Shown here one piece after another: positions 1 through 13,175 of a DNA stretch of 64,000 nt; position 1 is the first letter of the stretch; each line of letters begins with the position of its first letter. Source of the stretch: Eledone cirrhosa (taxonomy: Eukaryota); contig OZ024742.1 of assembly GCA_964016885.1 (NCBI GenBank), forward strand, positions 191,828,001-191,892,000, in the 5' to 3' direction. A program made the translations under genes and the position numbers. The notes beneath the pieces are model-generated. The model was given only the letters and a program-made list of their open reading frames with translations. It was not told where the DNA came from and did no database searches.

Positions 1-1849
1 ATAAATATTTGCTCTACGGTTCTTATATATTTGATATATGTTTTCCTTATCGAGCCCTCTTTGGATTTTAGTCTTCAATTTTATTATTATTACTATTTGG
101 CTCCTTCGGTTGAGCACTCTACTGACTTATATTCATCATGCAGAAACAACATCTGAATATTTCTACAAAGAACATACCCGTACCAAGCAGGAAAACATAC
201 CTAAAACTCCTGATACAGAAAACAGACGCGTTCATTAAAAGGTTGCGTTGGCGAGCCTTTTATTTCGATAATCCGCGAAAAGCAGACAACAAACAGGATA
301 AATTTGGATTTAAAACCTATAGTAACCCTCCGTGGAACCCAGCATTGCTACCCTTCGAAAATGATGTCTTGGAACTCATTCGGAGTATCAAATTTCGGTA
401 TAGGAGCAATTCCTTCCAGCAAGACTTGAAAAATAGAATTCGTTCTATTATGGATTATAACGCCGTGCACGTCCATTCCGACAAAACTGGCAACCCCTAT
501 ATCAAGTGGAGCGCAGTACTTACCATCAACTACTACATAATGCTGTAACTACGGATTACCGTAAAACTAATCGGTGTGTCATCAATGAAATCAACGATGT
601 TGGGTTTAAAATCACATCTGATCTCAATATCCTGGACCGGACCGAAACTCTGGGCCCTATCTACCCCCACTTTACCCTGAAGGATCACAAATCCAATTTT
701 CCGAACAACCCCTCTATTCGGCTTATTAACCCTACGAAGTCCGATTTAGGTAGACTTAGTAAAACGATTATTGATAGAATTATACCTGAAATTAGAAGTT
801 TGGCCCCTCTCGCACTGTGGAACAATTCTTTCGCGGTGATTGATTGGTTCAACGGCATATGTAACAAGGAACATTGCCGTTTTATCCAATTCGACATCAA
901 CAATTACTACTCCTCCATCACTTTACCACTTCTCCTTAAAGCTATCAATTTCGCTAAAACACTCACAGTGGATAAGGATTTCGAAGTCGATGTCATCCTT
1001 AATGCCCGAAAGTCGGTGATTAATTTCGACGACTCTATTTGGATTAAAAAATCCAATAGTACTCCATTCGACGTGAGTATGGGCGCCAGTGACTCTGCGG
1101 AGGTTACTGATCTTATTGGCCTTTTCCTTCTTTTCTCTATCAAGGACGAATTCCCCAACGCGGGCGGTGGTTTGTACCGTGACGATGGTCTTTTGACCAT
1201 GACTAAGTGAGGACCTCGTGCTTGCGACAGGTTCAGAAAAGAACTCACAGCCTTCTTTAAAGGCTTCAACCTCTCTATACAGGTTGAGGCCATCTCTCGG
1301 TCGTTAATTACCTCGACGTTACCCTCAATGTATTGAATGGGTTGTATTACCCGTATAGAAAGCCGAATGATACGCTTAATTACATAACTAAGCATTCCAA
1401 CCATCCTGCCAGCATAACCAAGAACCTGGTAAAAAACGTTTCGTTGAGGCTTTTTCGTCTTTCCACCAACGAGCGCATTTTCAACGACCATTCCACTTAT
1501 TACAATGAAGCTCTTGCTCGAAGTGGATTTGTCGATAAGGTAGCATATACAGAGTACGAAAATCGACCTTGTAGAAATAGATCCCGTCGCATTTGTTGGT
1601 TTAACCCACCATATAATATGGAGGTGGCCACACCATTAGCTAAGATCTTTCTTTCCCTTATTACGATGCATTTTCCCCCTACACATAAATATAGTAAAAT
1701 TTTTAATAGAAATACTATTAAAATGTCTTACTCTACGACTCCTAACCTTGCACATAACATCACAGCTTCAAATTTAGCTAAACTACCTAGCCGTAGGAAC
1801 ACGTGCAACCCTGTAGTTAGTACTAACTGTAATTGTAGGAATAGGGCTG
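1..1849 (+). mobile_element. Penelope-like retroelement, Hydra-clade-like family A; frameshifted RT pseudo-ORF, truncated at the CNC linker
   Basis: ORF pieces 138-548, 506-1210 and 1333-1849. Motifs: STKNIPVPS..FIKRLRWRAFYF, FIQFDINNYY, MGASDSAEVTDLIG, GLYRDDG, WFNPPY, ending at CNCRN. Bases 1-95 match pLTR-type sequence also seen at 19858-19960 and 25940-26035. Clade assignment is from motif recall. Confidence 0.85.
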
Positions 1850-1857
1850 ATATATAT

Positions 1858-2248
1858 GTACTTATTCTGGAAAACAACACTTTCTTCTTCAATGGAAAGA
1901 ATTACATCCAAATTAGAGGCACAGCGATGGGAACGAAGTTTGCTCCCGTTTACGCGAACTCTGTAATGGGATACTTAGAACAACAACTCTACCAAGAAAT
2001 AGAGGAAAAATATAGTACTGACTTTAGAAAGTACATTGAAAAATCTTGGAAGAGATACCTTGATGACTGTTTCATCATCTGGACAGAATCTCTAGATACT
2101 CTGGATGAGTTCAATATCCTCCTGAATAACCTACACCCATCTCTCCAATTCACAAAAGAGATGAGTAGGACCAAATTACTATTCCTAGATATAATGATAA
2201 CCAAAAACGACACCACCATTACCACGGATATATATTATAAACACAAAG
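1858..2248 (+). mobile_element. Neptune/Poseidon-type PLE RT fragment (family B)
   Basis: ILENNTFFFNGKNYIQIRGTAMGTKFAPVYAN...WKRYLDD...LFLDI..TDIYYK. Its 3' part is near-identical to 16725-16892 (-). Confidence 0.85.
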
Positions 2249-5200
2249 GTTTAAATAACAGTATATTTAAATTAAACCAAAAAAATCAAAGAGAAAAAAA
2301 GAAGAAAGGGAAAAAGAAATTGTTTATATACATTTTTTGCCAGTGGGAGAGAGTAAACGTGACTATATTTAAGTGAGAGAGAATATTAGTTATAAGGACA
2401 GTAATAGCGTAATTTTGTATACGTGAGAGGAGAGAAGAAGCGAAGAAATGAATATAGCGTGGATGAATAATAGCCGGATTCATTATAATGATAGGTTGAA
2501 GAATTTTATCTAAGGTTTAATTAATAAATTTGATTAAATGTTTAATTAATAATTTAGTAGTTTAATCAGTAGTTTAAATGTGTATGTTAATTATTAAAAA
2601 ATTGAAAACTTTTATATATTATTAAAAAAATATATTATTATTATAATAAAAAAATATATATTATCTTTAATTATTAATTATTAAAAAATTGTAGGTTCAA
2701 AGTATCCCAATAATTCTAAGCCCATGAAAATTCCGAGTGTTTACAGATGAATAATCCCTTATTTGTATTATAATAGCAGTACAGCGTAAAGAAAATTATT
2801 AGTTATTTATTAATAATTCATATAACTTTAAGGATCAAATGCTCTAAGGTTAAGAAGTTAAAAAGTTAAATTTTCTATCTTAATAATGTAAGTAGAATAT
2901 GAATCTTATGTTATTTTATAGTAAGTCATAAATTTATAAATTCATAAATTTACCTGTTATAAAGTTATAACTGTTAAAACGTAAAGTTACTTGCTATAAC
3001 GTCATAATGTATAGAAATTATAATATTTAAAATGTTCATAGGAATATATCTAAAGCATAAAGCGCAAAAAACTCTTTCATAAGAGTATATTTATAGAATA
3101 TATTTAAAGTATACATTTTAGGTTATACCATATATACATAAAAAATCACTATGTTTATCTTATATATATATAAATACATTTGGATATATATATTTTAAGC
3201 ATTTGAAAAATATAAGAATATAGAAATATAAAAATATAAAATACACAATATAAAATATGAATTATAATTTTAAAAAAATATTAGAATATTGAAATATAAA
3301 ATACACAATATAAAATATGAATTATAATTTTCTTATACCCATCAGAGGAAATTTCAAAAAATTTTCATTAAATGTTTCAGTATATTTATCAAGAAACATT
3401 TTTCAAGAAAAAAATTGTTTCCTTAAAAGAGTTATAAGCAGTCATATAAAAGAATCTAATGATTTATCGATAGGTGTAATAATAATAGAGGATATTATGT
3501 AAAAGAGATGAGTTATGTATTACATTTTATATATATATTTAAACGCTGAATACAGCCGATGTTTACAAGAACTAAAAAAGTTATTCCTTAAATTCACAGA
3601 ATTCTTACTTTTTAATATAAAGAATATTTCCTCTATACAAAGAGCACAATTTTCAGATGAAGTATTGGATGAAGGAGCTTTGGAGATAATATTCCAAAGT
3701 AAAGAATAGTTAATGTTCTTTGATTTTAGTAAATTAGATAGAGAAGGTGAACATTTTTTTATTAATATTCGTAAAAGAGCATTTATGGTTATTAAAACGG
3801 GACTTAAAATCTGTGGAGGTGGAGGCTACATAATTAAATGAATTTAAATTAGTTTTTACATTACAATTATATACTATATTTTTAGCTAAACAATTATTAT
3901 TTAGCGGACAGTTAGATTTATTTCTACAGTTACATTTATCTAAATTTAAGTTACTAGGAGCCGTATTATTAAATTGGATATTGCGGGGGTTATTAATGGT
4001 ATTCTGGTTAGGTTTTAAGTTTCTATTATTAATTCTATTAATAGGGCGGTGGATTGGCAGTATCGGTAGAGGGTCGGACGCCATGCTTTCCAGCATAGTT
4101 ACGTCTCTTTACGATCTGAGTTCAAATCCCGCCGAGGTTGACTTTGCCTTTCATCCTTACGAGGTCGATAAAATAAAGTACCAGTAATGTACTGGGTAAT
4201 TGCTGGCCTTGTGCCTAAAGTAGAAACAATTATTAATTCTATTAATATTCTGCGCTAAATTACTAGTGGTGGAATATGATAATATTATAGTATGTCTATT
4301 AAATATTGAGTAATACCTATGTGTTCTAGGAAAGCATTTATCTAGAGCTTTAAAGAATAATTTAGCAATGAGAAAGGAGGAGCGAACCATAATATATTCC
4401 TACTTCTATTTCTTTTTTTTTGTTTTTCGAATTATTGTAAGGTTTTCTATTATAGTTGTTAAAATTATGGTTAGTTGGCATATCATTATTATCAATGTAT
4501 TTAATTTTAGTACTATATCCAGCTCTACCTAACGCTTCGTTAAAATATTGCGCTTTATCTTCAAAAATATTCTTATTAGCTGAAATTCTAGAAATACGTT
4601 GCTGCATAGAGTTTACTATAGTGTTTTTAACGGATCTGGGGTGATTGGAATTAAAGTTAACGTAGTTTAAGTTCTCATTTATTTTGTGAAATGGATAATA
4701 AAGACCTGTGTTAAGGTTTAAAGTTTCATCTAGAAAGTTAACTATTTTATAATTATTCTCTACTTCTAGTATAAGATTAAGGCAATTAAAAAATTGTATA
4801 ATTTCTTTTCTTTTCCTATTTATTTCACAGTTATTATTATTTTCTATAAGTAATAGCATATCGTCGCGATATAAACCTCCAGTCATCTCCGGTATTTTCC
4901 TATGTAGAGTATTATTAATAAAAAGCCCCATAAGATCCGTTATTTGTGCGGAATCGGATGACCCCATAGTAATATCGAAATTACTATCTCTGTCTGCTCT
5001 AGTCCTGAGGTGGTTGTTAAATTGAATTAATGTTTTCCATGCAGTTAAGATAATCTGCATTTCATTACTAGTTAAGTCTGTATGTTTAAATGCATATGTG
5101 AGGGACTTATTAAGTAGATTATGAGTGATGAATGAGTAATAATTAGCAATATCCAATTGAATAAATGTATTATTATAGTTATATTTAATGTCTTTAAACC

Positions 5201-5905
5201 AGTCGATAACTTCATTAGTCCCTTTCCATAATTTTAAATAAGATAATTCCTTAATTTTTTGGTATGATTCTGTCTAAAATATTCTTGCTAAGTATGCCAA
5301 GGTCTGATTTAGATGGTGCAATTAATCTAACTGGTAATTCAATTTCAAAATTTCTTTTATGGTCCTTCATATTAATTTTTGGTTTCCTAGGCATGAAGGG
5401 TTGTGTCCTATTTTCGATACCTAATTCCTGCATTATGTAAGAAGCTTCCGTATTCAGTTTTTCAAGGTCATCACTGGTTGTTGTTTTTTTGTATTTCTTC
5501 CTTAATTTCTTCAATATAAGCTCGTTATAAATATCCTTTTGCATTCCATAGAGATTGTTGATTTTATCTGACTTGACTAGAATTTTTTCCATTTTTTCAA
5601 AGCTTTCTATATTATTTTTGAGATTTCTTAGGTAATCCTGGCCTACAAAGTTTTTTTATTTTATTTAATGCTTTGAATGATAGAGATGATCTCATTTTCA
5701 AAATCCATTAGTAGTTTGTTGGAAGGTGGATTCTTTTAGATTTGAAGGTTCTATCGAGATTAGAAATATTCTCTTTCGCATCAGATTTATCGAAGTGAAA
5801 AGCTCGCCACCTGAGTCTTCTTATAAATGAGTCTGATTTTACTATTAGTTCTTTTATAAATTCTTTATTCCTAGGTAAAGGTGTGTCGTTGAGAGAAGAG
5901 ATCTT
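2249..5905 (-). mobile_element. Hydra-clade-like PLE family C (decayed RT + GIY-YIG, long AT-rich 3' region)
   Basis: SFIRRLRWRAFHF near 5800; SKSDLG; DIANYY; MGSSDSAQITDLMG; GLYRDD; CNCRNKSNCPLNNNCLAKNIVY..YVASTSTDFKSRFNNH. Multiple frameshifts; interrupted by a SINE. Confidence 0.85.
4044..4228 (+). mobile_element. tRNA-derived SINE (family 1) with 19-bp TSD, inserted in PLE C
   Basis: Box-B-like GAGTTCAAATCC and tail ..AAAGTAGAAACA. Direct repeat ATTATTAATTCTATTAATA at 4025-4043 and 4229-4247. Confidence 0.9.
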
Positions 5906-5924
5906 AAAATATATATATATATGT

Positions 5925-5960
<36 letters not shown>

Positions 5961-6149
5961 TCTTAAAATATATATATATATTTATGTGTGTGTGTGTGAG
6001 TGTGTGTGTATTCTTCGTTCGATACCCGTAAGCTATACTGTCATACTTTTTTCTCATATTTCGCACGCCTAAATACATCATTTATGTTGATCTGTATAAA
6101 TATTAACCATTTTTATCTATCAAACTAGCTGTCAACACACACACACACA

Positions 6150-6198
<49 letters not shown>

Positions 6199-6249
6199 GG
6201 CGATGAATTAGTTTTGCGAGGTTTTTTATATGAAATCGTGTGTCGAAAC

Positions 6250-6960
6250 AGATATTGTTATATTTGGGGAGGGTCATATTTGCGTAATATTGCCAGAATT
6301 AATAACAGAACACACTCACTGTTTGGTTGGTTTTCGCTTCTCGCTGTCTTTTATATATATATATCTGCGATCTAACTTACTCATATATATATGAAAGACG
6401 TAAAATAAGAAAATTATAAAAATTAACTTACTTACTAAAATTTCACTCCAACTAATTAGTTTCTGAAAGGGAATAAACATGGTTTCCGAATGGAACACAT
6501 GGAGAAGGCCTTTCGTCATCAGGGAAGTCTATTCTCAGCTAAGTTCCCAAGCAATGCGTGGACACAGGGAACTTATACAAAAATAATTCAGTGGATGGAA
6601 AAAAAGCAAGCGAGGTCTAAGTTCCAAGACACTGAAAATATCACTGCCTACTTGATCGGTGGCAAATTCAAAAGAATCAATCACGTGACATCGAGGTTAA
6701 TCAGTGAGGAGTGGGGTGTTAAGAAGACAGTAGCCGAACTATTACTATGAACTATAGTAATAGTTTTGACACATTTTTGCTCAACAAAATAATTTGGAGA
6801 TAATTATAAAGAATTAGTATATCTACCAACATATATACACAGATGCATACCTATGCTAGCAAATATATAGGTTTTGTCTTAGTAAATTGTGGTTCAATGC
6901 AAGGGGATGCAGAACAATTATATGAAAGACGTAAAAGAAGAGAATTATAAAAGTTAACTT
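6250..6960 (-). mobile_element. Non-coding HHR-bearing repeat unit (~532-bp period), retrozyme/pLTR-like
   Basis: Homologous to 54153-54822. ATATGAAAGACGTAAAA recurs about 530 bp apart. (TA)n lies on both sides. Confidence 0.75.
6445..6528 (-). ncRNA. Type I hammerhead ribozyme
   Basis: Minus strand: acttcc CTGATGA c GAAAGG..CCTTTC a GAAA ctaattag TT ggagt. Palindromic stem III; covaries with the 54-kb copies. Confidence 0.8.
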
Positions 6961-6974
6961 ATATATATATATAT

Positions 6975-7156
6975 TTAATTGTTTCTACTTTTTGCACAAG
7001 GCCAGGAATCACCCAGTGTATTACTGGTACTTTATTTTATCGACCCCATAAGGATGAAAAGCAAAGTTAACGTCGGCGGGATTTGAACTCAGAAAGGCAA
7101 GGGCCGTAACTCTATGCGTCAACGCATGGCGTCCGACCCTCTACCGATACTGCCAG
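6975..7156 (-). mobile_element. SINE family 1
   Basis: Reverse complement of the 4044-4228 consensus. Confidence 0.85.
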
Positions 7157-7502
7157 TGTGTTGTGTGTATTATAGACGGGAAGAGACTGAATGGTCAAAT
7201 AACAGAAAACAAAGCGATATCCCACTGTATCTCTGTATGCGTATATTATATATTTTTCGTTCGTTGATGCAGTATTGATAAATGGTTAAAAAAGTCACAT
7301 CACATTCATTACATTTGTGGTGCGACCCCACAACGTTGCATCATGTGCAAATATCGTTTCTTATAGCCTCGTATTGACACATAAAATGTCAGTTAAGTTG
7401 GGTAGACGGAAAGTATTTTTGAAGACCATCGGATGCACTAATTGTATTTGTTATACAAATGACCAGCCTTGTAACACTCTGTGTCTGGCGGAATCTCATT
7501 AA

Positions 7503-7680
7503 TAGTTATTTCCACTTTTGGCACAAGGCCAGCAATTATCCTAGTGCATTACTGGTGCTTTATTTCATCGAACCCGTAAGGATGAATGGCAAGGTTAGTT
7601 GCGGGATTTGAACTCAGAACGTAAACGGCCATAGTTCTATGCTGCAAAGCATGGTGTCCGACGCTCCACCGAGCCCACCA
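7503..7680 (-). mobile_element. SINE family 1
   Basis: Reverse complement of the 4044-4228 consensus. Confidence 0.85.
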
Positions 7681-7916
7681 AAAATGATATTAAACTACTC
7701 ATGTCTGTGAAATTCGCATTCGTACATTAATTTGAAGCTGTAATTCTGACCGAATTACTGGAAATCGACTGAGGACCAATACACATATATTTTCCATTGA
7801 AAAATAAGTTTATAAAACCACAACAATTCCAAATGCAACTCAAAGAACAGAGAAAATGTATTTTAAGAAAACAAAGCTTACGAATATGTGTGTATCTACA
7901 TGTGCCGATGAACTGG

Positions 7917-8023
<107 letters not shown>

Positions 8024-8116
8024 TACTATTCAATACGTATATTCAATAACACATTTTATATGCACGGATGAATATATGTATTGTGTATATATATATATAA
8101 ATATGTATGTGTGTGT

Positions 8117-8155
<39 letters not shown>

Positions 8156-8527
8156 AACATTGACAGAGAGTGAATGTTGTTCAAACAATGCACACTATCA
8201 GAAGAAATCCGGAGGAAATGGAACATGACATATAGATAAAGAGTCATTTGCATTCGTAAAAGTAGTATATTGAAGAAGTTGACAGAGAAACATTATGTAG
8301 AAGAAGCTGTGTGTGAGAGGCTCTCTTACAGGTAGCAGACCAAACAGCATTAGGCGATTTCTAGGTTTCTTATGAACAATAGAAGATTTTTAGCGTAAAC
8401 AATACATTAATGAATGCATATCATATACAGATGTATTTCAGTAATTACAAGTGTTGAAACTTACAATAATCATTGAATATTCGTTTGTACATATGTATAT
8501 ACTGTGGAGAGTGTGTTTAAATAACAG

Positions 8528-8586
<59 letters not shown>

Positions 8587-8786
8587 ACATACATATATAT
8601 AAATATATACATATATATATATAAATATATACATATATATAAATATATACTTATATAAATATATACATATATATACATATATTTATATACATCTTACGTT
8701 AACGATTTTGCCATTTTGACGTTATAGTCACTTATATATTATGAAATACTGTGCGCTTCTTGCTCATAATAGTTTCTATACTTTTC

Positions 8787-8875
<89 letters not shown>

Positions 8876-8922
8876 TATATATATATGTATGTATATATAT
8901 ATATATATATTTATATATATTC

Positions 8923-8962
<40 letters not shown>

Positions 8963-8983
8963 ATATTCATATATATATATATG

Positions 8984-9038
<55 letters not shown>

Positions 9039-9082
9039 CTAAAAATATATGTAATTATATGCATATGTACATATATACATAC

Positions 9083-9132
<50 letters not shown>

Positions 9133-9289
9133 GAATATATATATATGAATATATATATATATATATAAATATATATACATATATATACATATATATATAT
9201 ATCGTACTAAGAGTGAGGAATTAAATTTCGTTTCATTCTTTTCCATGTAAATATATATATACATATATATATAAGTATATATATATATA

Positions 9290-9356
<67 letters not shown>

Positions 9357-9359
<3 letters not shown>

Positions 9360-9760
9360 AAATATTAAACAAATAATGAACAAACAATTCCTTATATTAA
9401 ACAAAAAAAGTTCACTATTTAACGATCGTTTCTAGGGCATATATGTGTTATAATTGGTATGCATATTTAACAGATCTATGTACAAAATTATACAAAATTA
9501 TACAAATTATCAAGATTAAATATACATACCTAACTCATATATACGCCGTCTTCAGAAATTTCTGAAGACGGCGTATATATGAGTTAGGTATGTATATTTA
9601 ATCTTGATAATTTGTATAATTTTGTATAATTTTGTACATAGATCTGTTAAATATGCATACCAATTATAACACATATATGCCCTAGAAACGATCGTTAAAT
9701 AGTGAACTTTTTTTGTTTAATATAAGGAATTGTTTGTTCATTATTTGTTTAATATTTTAT
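9357..9760. repeat. 404-bp spacerless palindrome
   Basis: Centre TTCAGAAA|TTTCTGAA at 9558/9559. No mismatch seen by eye between the arms out to ATAAAATATT/AATATTTTAT. Confidence 0.92.
9558..9700 (+). ncRNA. Type I HHR with ~115-nt stem II domain (mirror copy on - strand at 9417-9559)
   Basis: attt CTGAAGA c GGCGTATAT...ATATATGCC cta GAAA cgatcg TT aaat. Confidence 0.65.
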
Positions 9761-9891
9761 CTTGACTCTGTATACCGTTTATCTTTCACCGAAAGTGGAT
9801 TTTCATTACATCTCTTCTTTCCATGATATCCGGAATACATTGAGTTCTTCATACGGATTGGACACTACCGTAAACTCTTGGTAGATTTATC

Positions 9892-9979
<88 letters not shown>

Positions 9980-10040
9980 TATATATATATATGAATATAT
10001 ATATATATATGTATATACATATATATATATTATATATATA

Positions 10041-10071
<31 letters not shown>

Positions 10072-10145
10072 GTATATACATATATATATATTATATATAT
10101 AAATATATATATATAAATATATATATATATACGTATATATATATA

Positions 10146-10305
<160 letters not shown>

Positions 10306-10306
10306 T

Positions 10307-10382
<76 letters not shown>

Positions 10383-10387
10383 TCATC

Positions 10388-10421
<34 letters not shown>

Positions 10422-10469
10422 TATTCATCTATATATATATGTATATATATATATATATATTCATCTATA

Positions 10470-10537
<68 letters not shown>

Positions 10538-10627
10538 TATATACATGTATACATATATATACTTACATATATATATACATATATATAGAATATATATATA
10601 AATATATATATATAAATATATATATAC

Positions 10628-10668
<41 letters not shown>

Positions 10669-10758
10669 TATGGAAAAGAATGAAACGAAATTTCATTTCT
10701 CACTCGTTGTACGGCTAATATGAATATAAATATATACGTATATATATATACATATATA

Positions 10759-11000
<242 letters not shown>

Positions 11001-11546
11001 CATATATAGGATGTTTGTATGTTAGGCAACAAACACTTGTTTATTTATTTCTTATCGAATTATTTAGTCTATTCCGCCACCTCACTAAATTAGAATTATT
11101 TGATCCAACTGAATGTTATTAATTCCTCATATCTTTTGTTTCCCATCTAGCCGCAAGGACATCACCATTCCTATCTTTTTCTACCGTTTGTTACTCTGTA
11201 TATCCGTATGTCTGTGTCTATGTGTTTCTATGGTTGTGTATGTTTTTATGTGTATTCTATGATTCTATGCTTGCCCATACGTTAATGTCTATGAGTGTGT
11301 GTTTTTTGTGGCATTGTTTGTTTATATGTGGGTGTAAATTTGTGCAAGGAATTGTAGCTATATATATATTTCTATGTTTGTGCATTTTTATGTGTATTGT
11401 GTGTGTATGCCTATGCCAGTCTGTACGTATATGCGTGTGTTTCTGTATTTATGTATATGATTTTTATAGCTATGTTTGTTTATATGAGTGTGTAGGTGTG
11501 TACGAATGGTGGTGTTTCTATGGTTGTCCATTTTTCTACTAATTGT

Positions 11547-11645
11547 GTATGTTTAGGTAAATGTGTGTGTACACGGGTGTATGTTTAGGTAAATGTGTGT
11601 GTACACGGGTGTATGTTTAGGTAAATGTGTGTGTACACAGGTGTA
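11547..11645. repeat. 32-bp tandem repeat x3
   Basis: TGTATGTTTAGGTAAATGTGTGTGTACACGGG repeated. Confidence 0.85.
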
Positions 11646-12006
11646 TGTGTGTGTGTAGACGGGTCTGAATGTGTGTATGCTATATACATTGTGTTTACGT
11701 GTAAGTTTAAATGCCATCGTTTCAATTTCTAGGTCTATATTTTAAGTACATTGTGTGTATGTTGTTTATGTGCGTGTATATTTGTGGTATTTTTAACTAT
11801 ATTTGTGTATAATTCTGTTATTCTATGCGCATCTCTCTATGTGTGTCTGCATGGTTGAATGTGCATCGTGTGTGAGTTTCTGTGAGGGTAGTAGGTGTAA
11901 TAGAAATGGGGACTTCATTAACTATTCTCCTCTTCTTCATTTCAAGTAAACGATATATTTTCGTTCGGCTTCAGCAGAACAAGGACGTCTGAACTCAATT
12001 TTGACA

Positions 12007-12065
<59 letters not shown>

Positions 12066-12363
12066 GTGAAAGAGTGTAAAATAACATGGTCAACAGTACA
12101 AAAAGGGTTTTATTTATAGTATTAACAATTCACAACATACTAGTGTACGTCTGTATTCATATATGTATTTATGTATACATACTTATATTTAAGTAATAGC
12201 CATACTAAGAGTGAGAAATGAAATTTCATTGTTTTCCATTTATCGTTTTCGGTACATCCGGCCGACTAACTCACTAGATATGCAAATTTGGCTGCTCAGC
12301 CGTTAATATGCATAAGGAAAATATATACTCTCAAACGTTCAATCATCTGACAGGAAGGTATAC

Positions 12364-12402
12364 GATGCTGACGATAGCTAATAATCTAGAAAATAGTTCA
12401 TC
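12364..12402 (+). ncRNA. Minimal type I HHR
   Basis: gatg CTGACGA TAG ctaataat CTA GAAA atag TT catc. Confidence 0.65.
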
Positions 12403-12799
12403 ATTCCTTAGTCAGTGTTGAACCAGAAGTTAACGATGGTTGCCGAACACTGTACGGCTACTAATTCGGGCTGTTTGTTTACAAACAAACCGAACCTTAT
12501 AATAAATGTTCGGTAAACCCATACGTACATATATATATATATGTGTGCATGTATGTATATATATATATACATACTAGTGTACGTCTGTATACATATATGT
12601 ATGTACGTATACATACTTATATTTAAGTATCAGCCGTTCTAAGAGTGAGAAATGAAATTTCATTTTTTTTTTTCATTTATCGTTTTCGGTACACCCGGCC
12701 GACTAACTCGCTCGATATGCAATGTATGCTGCTCAGCCGTTAATATGCATAAGGAAAGTATATACTTTCAAACGTTCAACCGACTGATAGGAATAATAC

Positions 12800-12838
12800 G
12801 ATTCTGATGACAGCTATTAAGCGAGAAACTAGTTCACC
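12800..12838 (+). ncRNA. Minimal type I HHR (second unit; stem I partly decayed)
   Basis: gatt CTGATGA ca GCT atta AGC ga GAAA ctag TT cacc. Confidence 0.55.
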
Positions 12839-13063
12839 GTTCCTTTGTCAGCGTTGAACAATATGGCAACGATAGTTGCCGAACACTGTACGGCTACTAA
12901 TTCGGGCTGTTTGTTTACAAACAAACCGATCATTATAATAAATGTTCAGTAAACACATACGTACATATATATATATGTGTGTGCATGTGTGTATGTATAT
13001 ACATACTGGTGTACGTCTGTATACATATATATATATATATATATATGTACGTGTACAAACTTG

Positions 13064-13122
<59 letters not shown>

Positions 13123-13175
13123 TATACATACATATATATATATACATATATATATATATACATATATATATATAT

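Larger units (their letters stand above)
12138..13025 (+). mobile_element. Tandem dimer of a ~435-bp non-coding HHR-bearing unit
   Basis: CATACT(A/G)GTGTACGTCTGTA recurs at ~12138, ~12570 and ~13002. Fragments of the same unit occur at 9205-9248 (+) and 10668-10720 (-). Confidence 0.8.

Noticed and set aside
1208-1210. In-frame TGA in the family A PLE as possible selenocysteine (known in Naiad PLEs)
   Set aside because: The second copy has TGG (Trp) here, the linker and EN cysteines use TGY, the EN is C-terminal (not Naiad order), and no SECIS was seen.
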